A DNA stretch of 64,000 nucleotides, from the NCBI RefSeq assembly GCF_000181795.1, contig NW_003526943.1:3933228-3997227 (forward strand). The letters are read 5' to 3'. Each line of letters opens with the position of its first letter. Positions within the stretch are counted from its first letter, which is position 1. Source of the DNA: Trichinella spiralis (Eukaryota). The notes under the pieces were generated by a model, which was not told the DNA's origin, made no database searches, and saw only the letters and a program-made list of their open reading frames with translations. Below are positions 11,801 through 23,800 of the stretch, piece by piece. The translations under genes and the position numbers were made by a program.

Positions 11801-14497
11801 TTTCGTGACTTTCTTGATGTTGTTATAAAATTTGCAAATGGCACCATAAAAGAAAAGCTGCAAATATTGTTTAATATGTGCGATCGCAGAGCAGATGGAC
11901 ATGTGGATAAAAAAGAATTTGCTCACGTGATACAGTATATCTTTTTATTGCATTTTTGATTTTGAATTATTATGTATTTTTTACATAATATAATAGTTCC
12001 TTTTATTACAGAATTTTCAGAAATTAGAAATAACCTGAAATAATTTTGTAAAATTAATTTTATAAATTTAGATCAGCTATGAGCAACGCTGGTACGTGCT
12101 TACGACCAGAAGAAGAAGCAGAAGCAATTGAAAACATTTTCCGTTCTTGCGGAATTGATCCTAAAAAAGAATTTCTTACTTTGGAAGATTTTGAAATAAT
12201 TCACAGTGAATTTAAAGGCATTGGCTTGCATTTAAAAGGACGCAATCAGCATATTTTGAATAAAACATCTTTAGAGCGGTTAGTTTTAAAATCGAACATT
12301 CCTTATTATTTTAATTTCTGTAAAACTTTTAGTACTGAAAGCATTTGTTTATCTGTACCAGTTACAAATAGAGAGTTCACTGTTAAAAATTTTGGCAACA
12401 ACATTACTAGCTGGCTTGAAGATTACAGGCAGCACATCACTTGTCTCACTGTCTTTTTTACACTTTGCTTTGCTGTTTTTTTTGAACGCTTTTGGCGTAA
12501 GCTTTTATTTATTTTTCTCAAATCAGAAAATCTAATCAATATGCTTAATTTTGGCACGTTAATTTATTTATTTCAGATTTTTATTCCATGTCAGAACACG
12601 GCGATCTAAGACGCACTATGGGACTGGGGATTTCATTTAGTCGAGCTAGCGCAGCAGTCATTTCCTTGTGCATGGGGGTCATCTTGCTGACAGTATGCCG
12701 TAATATTATTACATGGCTTCGAGAAACCCCCCTTGGATATTACATTCCATTTGACGCCACATTATCATTTCACAAAATTGTTGGTATTACAACTGGAATA
12801 TTTTCAGGTATATGATTTTGACTTTTACATGCATTTAATATTTGTATTAAACCTGCTTGTTTTTAGCAATACACACAGCTGGTCACTGCATTAACTTCTA
12901 TCACATCTCAACTCATGATCTAGAAGGGTTGAAGTGTTTGTTTCAAGATGCTGTTTTTGAGTATAGTATATTCCTAAATTTATCTCCATTTTAAATGAGT
13001 TTGCTTTAGCTCTGACATGAAACCATCCATAAGTTACTGGTTGTACGGAACTGTGACCGGAGTTACCGGAATATTGCTTGTACTTGTTATGAGTGTAATG
13101 TACGTTTTCTCTCTGCCATCCATCATAAACAGCGCTTATCATGCTTTTCGAGTCACTCACTTGCTTAACTTCCTTCTTTATGCGTTGACCATAATTCACG
13201 GTTTGCAAAAATTACTGACGGTTAGTGTACCATTTTTATGAGAGCTTTTAATAAATGTACATGCATTTTCATTTTTAGCAGCCAAGCTTTTGGTATTACA
13301 TTACAGTACCCGCTGTTCTGTTGGTGCTGGATCGACTGGTCAGTCTTAAAAATGATTATAAGCAGCTGGAAATTTTATCTGCTGAATTATTACCTTCTGG
13401 TTTGTTTATTTTTTTCCTTTTAAAGCAAATTGCTACCAACGTATTGTTTTAGATATTACATTTATTAAATTTAAAAGACCTAGAAATTTTCATTTTCGCA
13501 GTGGTCAGTGGGTGCGAATTCGATGCTCAGCTTTCAACTGCAAAGTGAATGAATGGCATGCATTTACTCTTGCTTCTACTCCAGATGATCGAACTTTAAA
13601 AATTTACGTCAAAGCACAAGGGCCCTGGACTTGGAAACTCAGAGAAAGTATTTTGGAGGCACAGCAATATGGCACCAGCTATCCTTTAGTAAAATTAGCC
13701 GATGCACTTATCCTGATAAAAATTATTCTAATTGTTTTTAGTTGCAAATGGATGGTCCTAATGGTGCAGGTAATCAAGACTGGTATAATTATGAGGTCTG
13801 CATTATGATTGCTGCTGGGATTGGAGTCACTCCGTATGCATCTGTTCTTATGGACGCAGTCAAAGCAAGAAACAGTTCTAAACATTCAGATTCCATATGC
13901 AGAAAAGTATAAAATAGTTTTTATCTATTAATCACATTCTAGTCAGCATAACATCAGTGTTGTAGATATACTTCTTTTGGATTTGCCCAACTTATAAAAA
14001 TTACGACTGGTTCATTGAAATTTTACGTAAGGCGGAGGAAGAAGATAAAGAAAACATGGTAGAAACGCATATATTTGTAACTCAGTTCTTTTATAAATAT
14101 GATCTCCGCACTACAATGCTAGTATGTTGTTTGCTTATTCTGTTTTGCATATTTTATGTTAAGCTTTATTTTCATAGTACATATGCGAGAAACACTTTCG
14201 GATTGAAGAAGGTCGAAGTATGTTCACTAATTTGAAAGCAACAAATCACTTTGGGCGACCAAACTTAGAAGCATTATTTGGCTATGTGCAAAGCAAACAT
14301 CCAAAGGTATATTTTATTGATACGTAAAAATTACTGTCTAACTTATGCATTTCAAACCTGGTTATATTTTTTAGCTAAACTGCATCGGTGTATTCAGTTG
14401 TGGGCTTCCAAGTGTAAATAAAAGTGTCCAGAATACATGTGAAATAATGAACAGACGACGAAAAACTCACTTTGTTCATAAATTCGAAGCCTTCTAA
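5806..14497 (+). CDS. DUOX: Dual oxidase (peroxidase domain, EF-hands, ferric-reductase TM region, FAD/NADPH domain); about 25 exons
   Basis: Signal peptide then WEFQRYDGWYNNLAHPEWG; FFSQMVAYEI; LGDPRMNENP; MRGRDNGLPDYN; EF-hand DRRADGHVDKKE; heme-binding His pairs FHK..IHTAGH and THLL..IIHG; FRSGQWVRI; GIGVTPYAS; ends HKFEAF* at 14497. An alternative in-frame ATG lies at 5776. First intron about 5921-8291. Equivalent to nematode bli-3. Confidence 0.97.
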
Positions 14498-15452
14498 AAT
14501 GTGTTTAAGATATAAGATTTTCTACTGAAGAATATTTTCATTTCAACGAAATCCGACAAACGAACGAACAAAATTTTAGTACTGTTGAAAAGTTTGCTGG
14601 CAAACTTGCTGAAAACAGTTATACTGCTTACTACCATTCTTTAGCAATACTTAAAAAAAGTAAAACTTTAATTTTTAAACATGGCTGTTTTCTTTACCTA
14701 TGTTAACTATGATTTACTACATTTTTGTTATGAACGTTAATATAAGACGTCATGTAATTTAAATTTTCCTAAATACGAAGTTCATTTAAAATGTGAAGTC
14801 ACATGTGAAACAAAGCAACACCGCATTTTATTTTTATTGTTCTTAAATAGTAAAACGATGTCCTAAAAGAGTAGACCTGATTTCCCCAATGAACTCCGCC
14901 TACTTTTTTACAAAAGCAATGCTCTGAAGCATGGTGTTCGCTTATGATTTTGCACAGTGACTGTGTGTTTTGTGAGTATTTTGTCAATTTAATTGTCTGA
15001 AATAAAACTAACCATAATGCTACAGATGTTTTATAAAAAGAAATTGCAGTTAATATAGCAAAAAAAGTGCAGCTGTATGTGTTGGATGGTGTGCTATCTT
15101 TCATGCTTTTTGATGCAAGCTGCTATATATGACTTTTATTATTCAATAAAACAATTATAATAAAATTTCTAAAACATTAATACTCCAGGCATTGTTATTT
15201 TTGACTAATTATTTTAACTTTTGCAGAAACAGATTTGCATAAACCTAATAGTTGTTTCTAAATTATCGCAGAATTGGAAATACTTATATGATAAAGAAAA
15301 AAAGTTATAGAATCAAAAAATTTTTTTGAATAATTTTAGAATTTACACTCATGAAACTTAATTTTGTGTACAAGTTTATTAACTGAAAAAATTTCAATAT
15401 GCATATAATACAAAAATATAAACAAATTTTAAGCGTTGTCATATCACAGAGC

Positions 15453-18400
15453 TTAAAGCTCACACGAAATACGTTGAGTAGGCAAAATTTCTTGTGGCTC
15501 AGTTTCAATACCTAAAGAAATTTCTTTTCCCGTATTTAATCGTTCACTACATGTGCAATTTTCGCAATGAATTTGCAAATCAGATTTCCATTTTTCCAGT
15601 TGATTTTTATCTGCTGCTGGTCTCTGAAAATCATTAAGTGTCGCATTCTTTGTAAAAGCACACTTCTGAACTGGATCAAGCTTTGCTAGCAAAACTGGCG
15701 TATGAGATGACGCTTTGGAAATGTCACTATCGATAGTCGATATGGATATTTCTTCATAATCAAGCTGCAGAAATGTCTTGAATTTACAAGATGAAAAACG
15801 TTCTATGAGCCTTATAGAAACACCAATTGTGAGGCAGCTTCCACCTGAATATATTATTTAGCTCATAGAATAATAAAGTAAAATAAGTAAAATTTTAATA
15901 TTTCATATACTATGCGCGTTACCGTCCTTTATAATATTTATAATCATCAACATACCTGTGGCAAGAATAAGCCAAAAGCACCATCCAAAACGGAACGTAA
16001 GGTGCGAATGCATTTCCAGTGTATTTGGAAAAGGGATAGTTAAATGTTTTGGGCAAGCCATGGCATAAACTGCATTCGAGATCAACAAGCAGCAACCGAG
16101 AAGTGATAAAATTCGAGAAAAGTATCTTGGTAACATGCACATCACCAACAATAAAACACACCACAATGAAAACGATATCCTAAATTAGCATTGCAAAAAT
16201 GATTTACATATGAAAATAATTTTTATTTATCAATTGGAAACTTATTTGATGATTAATTAATAAATTTTAAAAATTTTGAAACAAAATTACCAGAGAATAA
16301 AATCTGTGTAGTATCCGGCTAAACGGTAACCTCGGCCCCAGATAAAGCCGGCTTTTTCCATTGCAAAATATTCAGTTACAGTAATTATTGGATAAGGCAA
16401 GCCTTTATGCAATGATTCCATCAAATTTTGCTGCATTGTTCGGACTGTTGAAAAAGTTATTTATTTGTATAATGAAAACACTTTCAAGTAAACTGATTAC
16501 CATCGGTAAAGTGAATACGTTCATTGTAATTCATATAATCTTGGCTCTTTTGGTCAGATTCACCTGAAAATTTTTAAATTTATATTGGAATGCTAATGTT
16601 TAAGTCATAGAAAAATTTATATAGCTAATAGCAAAATAGAACAAAAACACCATCGCAAACAATGTTTTTGCTTTTGTGGAAACTTTATTTATTGAATAAA
16701 ATGTTCACTTTTAACTCTGTGTATATGTGATTAAAAACTCTGTTGATTACTAGCATAAAAACTGATGAATTGCCTCATTGCAAAAATAGAAATTTTTAAA
16801 TTTCTCAAAAGTAAAAATTTTGGCAAAATAAAACAGAATAGAATAAAATGATGTGAAAAGCACTTTTTTATAAAAAGCAAATATTTAATTCAGTGCGTGC
16901 ATAAAATGCGCAATAAGAATATGCATTTCATATGAACAATTGCAAATCTTTGAAGTATCAGGGTTCTTGGGGTATTTAAATATTAAACAAATTTTCTGTC
17001 TATTCTTACAAAAAAAATAATAACTAAAATGATTTCTTCTGAATCTTTCCTGCATATAATAAAATTAGAAACACAAAATATAATTGCACGCATTAATTTT
17101 TAAAATAATCATGATTTTTCATTTTTAGATAATTTATGTTTCAAAGACTAGCAATTCAGCACTTATTATATTGAGTACTTAAAATAAAGCAGTAAAGCTG
17201 CATGAAAAATGTCGAGTAAAATTTTACCCTCTGAATTTTACCCTTTAAAATTATTAGTTTTTATCAATCCAATAAATAAGCTTATAAGTGTAAAAATTAA
17301 TTTGCGCTAAGTTATTTAGAACTTATCATAATAGAAAATTCTACATTTCGAAGTGGACGTTCAGCTCATGGTTCATAATAGAACTACGCACTGTTGGCTA
17401 CGTCGATGATTTTTTTTAGTGCGCTCATTTATATTCCGTAAAAGCTAAAACATTGTTAACGAATTATAAAAAAGTAATTCTTATAAAAAGAACAAACCTA
17501 TAAGAGTAATATTGGCATGGGAGAGGCCTATTTTTACGCCTAGGACGCCAAAGAATCGTTCCGCTGTGAAGGCACGGTAAGGAGAAAAGAGTGTTACCTC
17601 TGCTTCGTGCCAGCATGGATAAAAATGAACCACTTGAACAGAAGAAACACAGCGTATATTGCATTGGTGCAACTTACGTTAATAGCACTTACGCAAAATT
17701 GAAGCGCCGACAAACAAAGTTAAAATCACAGAGAGAAAACTGGCCAATTTCTAAAATATTTCAAAAATGTTTAAATATGCAAATGAGTATTTTCTTAAAT
17801 TTTAGTTTTAAAGTTTATAACAACGCTGCAAACAGTAAATTGCAAGTCTTTTTTGCTTTGAGTAATAAATTCTTTGTAATTTAATTAAAATTTATCACAA
17901 TATGCACAACTTATAGCTGAATGTATCATAATTTCGTTTAGAAACATGTCAGTAATATTTTGTATGCCAACATCAAATTCAATTGTAACTGTATACTAAT
18001 TATATTGAATATTAACGTATTAATGTTAAAATTAATTCTCGAATTGCTGCACGTATTGAAATTGCTCCTTAAACCTGAATTTCATTCATTGCACTAAAAA
18101 CCCGCATAGTAAGAGCAACGGTTGCAATTTAAAAAATAAGAAGCTACAAAGAAAACGATCAGCATTTATTGTGTCATTTTTCTGACAAATATACTATTCG
18201 TTAACCCAGAAAATATCTTTGAGAAAAAAGGCAATAAAGTTATTCACCTATTACCGCACCCCTTGTTTGGCAAGAAAATAGATTTTTTGCTATTTAAAGA
18301 TCTTTCTGTTTATGTCATCGTTGGGATGTCGAAATTGACAAAAATTGGAACAACACAATGATTCAGACAAGGACCTAACTGAAACTTCTGTCATTACATG

Positions 18401-20818
18401 TCAGGCATGAATATCCTTTTTTTCTTGTGGTTTAATTCATCGAAATTCAAGTACCTTTTTCAGTTTGACTGAAAAGGTTTAACTTTTTCAGTTTAAAGAT
18501 TAAAAAGGAATAATTTAAACCAAACTAAATATTAAACTTTTTCAATTGCTCGAATTTATTCACTACAATTCAAAAACTAGAGAATTTTGTTTTCAGCCCT
18601 GTGCTCTCATTCTGCCATTTGAAAAATAGGTCTCTACTACCAGCATGCACTTCTAAGCATCATCTAATCGTTACTACTATTACTATTATGATTATTGTTA
18701 TTATTATTATCATCATTTATGACAGAATAATTTGCATTATCAAGTTAAAACAAAATCAAAACAAAACAGTTTGTAAATACATATATACGGTAAGCCAACT
18801 GTACTGTAAATATTTGTCAATTTTATGAATTGTCAAACTGTTTTGCTAGTATTAGCAAATCAGTTTGCATTCCTACAATCGTTTAACAAGATACACAATG
18901 TTCTATAAAGAAATAAGATGTTTTGAACTGCTGAGTGAAGTAATAGCATACTGATACTATTGGTATAAAAAGGTAGTAAACCAGATATATAATACAATTA
19001 AATAATGTATGTTTGCTTTCTTAGGCAATTGTATGTTTCATAAAATTAATAAAGAAGGAAATTAATTAAATTCAAAGCTTTTTATAATCAATTATCAATA
19101 AATTACAACTTTTGGCAAATAATATAAAAGCATTTTATTGGGGAAAATGGATTGCTTCAATGATCAATAACTTTGGAATGTTCCATGAATAAAGTGATTA
19201 GAACTGGTCATTTCACTTCCAGCTGTTGCTGTTGGTGTTGTTGTTGTGACCAAGCAAAAGAAAGCCATTATTACTTCTGGATGAAAATAAAATTTCTTCT
19301 CAGTCTTAACAGACATTATTTTCAACTGACACATGAAAAAATTTTTTTTACTTGTGACAGTAAGAAAGTAGACTGAATGTGAAACTTGTCAATGTATTTC
19401 ACTCAAAATGCTGCACAGTTAACTCACAAAAAATAATCAAGTTCCATAAAAGAAGCAAAGGGCAAAAAATTGAAAACTGCAAATGGAAAGCATTTATTCA
19501 TTCTCTTTTATTCACCAAAATTACAATATTAAAGAAGTTTTCTTTTAAATAATTATTAATCCGTTTTCAAGTTATTACTAATTTATGCAAAGATGCCAAA
19601 ATATTATTTGAATAAACAAACTTTAAAAAGGCATTACATGAAGTGCATTCTTTGGGCACTGAAAAGACTGGTAATACTTTTATTTTTTCTTTTAATAAAA
19701 CTCATTAACAAAATTTTTTGAGCTGAATCTAATCTAACTTTCTACTGTGCATAAGTAATATTCGTTTTTCTATTCGTTCTCAGTTAGATGCAGATGGCAT
19801 ACAACAATTTTGTATGCCAAAAATATTATTCAATAAAATGCTATTCATATAACGAAAGTGGTTTTATTCATTAACCACAAAGTAAAATGAAAAAGCATAG
19901 CAAAACTACTAAAAAGAGACATTTTCCAAAAATTAAGTCCAAATGCATATTGTTTTTTTGTCGATAATAATAAACTTTAAACCAACTATCTGAAAGCAGC
20001 TACACTTATTCAAAATGGAAAGAGAAACAAATATTTACACAATTAATTTGTTCTTCATATAAAATAAAAGTGCAGCAGGATACAGGTAGAAATTTTAATA
20101 AGCTGATAATAAGCATGATTATGCTTGTTTTTTCAGTTGCTTTCATTTTTTGCTTTTTGATATAATAACAAAGTATTGGATAAGGTAACAATAATTCGAT
20201 ACTGAACGAAATGGCCATTTAGTAAACAAACCTTTTTATAGCAAATAGGAATCTAATCTATAATCTGGTACCAGATACTGCTGGGAGACACTGTAAATTT
20301 ATTTTTAACTTTTAATCTCATCTATCGGCAATACGATGAAGATGGCAAAAATGAAAACTTGTTCCCACAAAAATAAATACGTCATCTTTGATGTCACTTT
20401 CAACAAATTTATAGCTAACATCTAAACCACCCTGCAATTATTAGAGTGAATGAATACATATAAGAACTTTTGAAAGCTTAAACTGAAATTTGAAAGCATA
20501 AAAATTTAAATTCCCAAAAGCATATACGTTGCAAAGTTTATATTTCAAATAAGATGATAAATCAAGAATTGTTTCATTACCACTTTTAAATTGCTTTTGT
20601 ATGACAATAAATAATTCACAAAAAACGAAAGTAAAATAATGCATTTTTCTTACACGCCTCCGAATACCAGGAAAGATGATCAGGAATGTGATGAAAAATA
20701 TGGAAAACACTACTGCAATTTTAGCAGTAGTAAAATCGATGAGAACTGAAGTGCGATGGTCTCCATAAAAAGTTGGTCCGCCATTATCGCGGAATGCGTT
20801 GAACCAACCTTGAATCAT
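15453..20818 (-). CDS. DUOXA: Dual oxidase maturation factor (DUOXA / doxa-1 / moladietz-NIP family), 7 exons
   Basis: MIQGWFNAFRDNGGPTFYG, IIFPGIRR, SPYRAFT...LGVKIGLSHANITL, NYNERIHF, KGLPYPIITVTEYF...WGRGYRLAGYYT, LTFRFGWCFWLILATG, FKTFLQLDY. These are all DUOXA signatures, joined in frame by GT-AG introns. Confidence 0.95.
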
Positions 20819-23800
20819 TCGATCAATGCACAGTTGATGAACAGCAAGTCTAAAATTTTCACTGATTTAATTGGCAAACAGTAACAGCTGCTATAACTTG
20901 GTATATGTGTGTGTGTGACTGTATGTGTGCAAAACTTGAATAAATTGTTTCCAGCTTTGTAAAACTGGCCCTTCGCCTTAAATCTACGCTTTTTACCTGT
21001 CGCTAATTTTTTTATATTGGTCGTTGCTTGAAAAGATGAAGCAATGAAGGTACAATGAACAGTTGGCGAGGCTATTTATTGTTTTTTAGATAACTCCAGC
21101 AAGGTGAAGGTCTGGTATGTGCGGAATGTAGTCCTAAGGACAATTTACGTCATGATAGGTAGCTTGCCATGAAGCAGTGAACTGGTATTTAGATATTTAG
21201 AAAAAGAAAAAGGAATAGAAAATTGCTTGCTTGAATAAGCTGTGAAATACTCATGCCAGCTGTTCTTGCTGAATATCATTTCTGTAGTTTGTAAATTCAA
21301 TGAACGCATATCATATAAAAATGTAATAGAAGCTGCCACATCGGTGAACTGTAGTAAGCTTCAAGGCTAGAGCATTATAAATCATCTTCCCACGTGTGCG
21401 GACGTACCGACTTCCGTTTGCACTTTCCCAAATGCTCGCTTTCGCTCAGCTTGCCTCCATCGCCAACGTCTAAAGCGACGATGCTGTTGACACGCCCTAA
21501 AAACCTATTTCTATCATCAAGTAGGTCTTTTTAAAGCCAAAGGCAAAGTGTGGCAGTTTTGCATGGTCGTACAATAGCACATCAAAGAACAGCAACCACC
21601 TCTGCTTTAACATGAAACCCTGCGTGGATACATTCTTTGGAAAATTTTGCTGAACTTTGACAAATCTTTCATTAGACTATAGTGGACTTTCGATTTTGCA
21701 TACTTTTCCAACTATTTACTGATATATTTGCTAGATGGATAAAAGAACTGAGAAGTCAATGCTTAATGCATTTATACGGGGATATGGTTCAAAGTTTTGT
21801 TTTAATTTACATATTTTATTGTGCAAATGAGTTTAAAATTTTGCTAATAAAAGGCATTGATTATGGTGACTGTTGGACAAGATGAAAACAGATAATTTTG
21901 ACAAACGCTGAAGAAATCACTACTTGCTCCTTTCTAATAATAAAATTCAGGCTACTGTGTTCAGTGTGTATGACTTGAAGCGCGTCAAGTTCTCAATTGT
22001 TTCTTGTTGTTCCACCCCATGCCTGCATGCTATGCTCTGAAACTGCATTCCTCTGGGCAGTGAACAATGCACGTGATGGCAAAGTTAGTGAACTTGTGAC
22101 AAAACGAATCAGCTGAGTAGATGTTGATTAAAAAAGAGAAAATAAAAAAAGAAAAGATTATTTCGCAAAACTGGTCTATAACAAAAAGCTTTGCTTTTGA
22201 AAATTTTAGCAACAGAAAATTGCTTTGCATTTATTATTAGTAGTTGATTTCAGTGTAGTTGTAGTTGGATCAACAACGTTTACAAGAAGTTGAATTAGAA
22301 CGAAAAATTGGTACCATTGAACTTTGATAATTTGCATTTAATTAAAAATTTCAAAAATTTATACAATGGAAAAAGAATACAATACAATTTTAAATAAAAG
22401 TAATATTTTTTTAAATAAATTTTCAAATTCTCTTACAAACTTAACAGAAAGTGCGGAAGTGTCAAACAGTTTCAGCTCTGTCAGTGTTGTTCTAGTAAAT
22501 GATTGCACTGGTGTTAAAAGCATTTTTAAATTTCAACTTTCTTCATCACATTTATTACTTAGGCAGCTAACAGCAGCGCTTCAAGCAATCAAGCATTTCT
22601 AAACTTTGATGTATGTTATTTTGAACAATTCACTTCTGATAACAAACAGTTTTGCTTTTATTAAATGCAAAATATTTTTCAACTACAGTATGAAATTGCA
22701 CAAACAAGCAAATAGTTGGACAGTTTCATAAATTTTAAATCTTTAAAGTGTTAAATCTTTAAACAGTAATATCATCTTGTAACAGGCATTTGTTCAATGA
22801 CAACTTACCCAATCTAGTGAGTTCTATTATTGGCCAAAACTGCAATTATTGAACTCAGCAGCAGCGGATTGTAAAACAAAGAGCAGCGTTGATTGGAGCA
22901 ATTGCTAAAATTGACATGGCTAAAATTTTGTTTTATTGCTGTTATTGGAAGCAAAAATTAGCGTGAAGTGTTTAGTTCAGCGTTGTGATGTGCATCTAGC
23001 AATTATAATCTTCTCGTGCTATCAAGTATCATTTTTTGCAACAACAGTTTTAATATTCATGGTCTAATAAAGTTTTAAATTTGTTAAAATACAAGAGCAA
23101 AGAATATGAATATGAACAATAAAAGGTCATGAGAAATCATCATAAGGGTAACCCATTTCAGTATAATTGACCATTTCAATGGAAAAGTGCAATCGTTCCA
23201 TGCTTCAACTTTTCACTCTAGTTATCCTTCCCCATATGTTAAGTGGTGTGAATTGTTAAGCAGTATGAATTAAAAGAGCTCATTTTTCATTTAAATAAAA
23301 AATACATATAGTGAAGCAAATACCTGAAGCAAATTTTTACAAATCGGCAAGAAAGCTTGACTCCGTGATGAAAATCAAATGATGAAATTGAATGCTTGGT
23401 TAATAAAAAAAAACAAAAAAAACAATACCAATTTATTTTGTTGAGTCATTTTTAAAAGAAACAATGAGGCCAGATGTTTTGCAATGAATTCAGGTATTGA
23501 ATGATTGTTTTACAAGCAATAATGACAGAGATTTATTCATTGCAAAATATAGCGCAAATCACTCAAAATTTAAAATGCAGAAGTTTCGTAAACAAAAGGT
23601 AAATTACACTACATAAATTGATTATTTTATTTAAATGAAACAAATATTTCTTTTATTGCTCAACGTATACGAAGATGTTTATACGAAAAAAAAGTATATT
23701 CGCATATCAGCTTCGTAAAATATATGAGCTTTGAGATTTTTTTTCAAAACGTATGTTGAAAATAAAATATACACTTTGTGAATGCCAATTTTAAAAGTTT

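Noticed and set aside
18340..18365. AAAATTGGAACAA resembling part of U6 snRNA
   Set aside because: No ACAGAGA box, no 5' stem-loop and no downstream U6 sequence; a chance match in AT-rich DNA.
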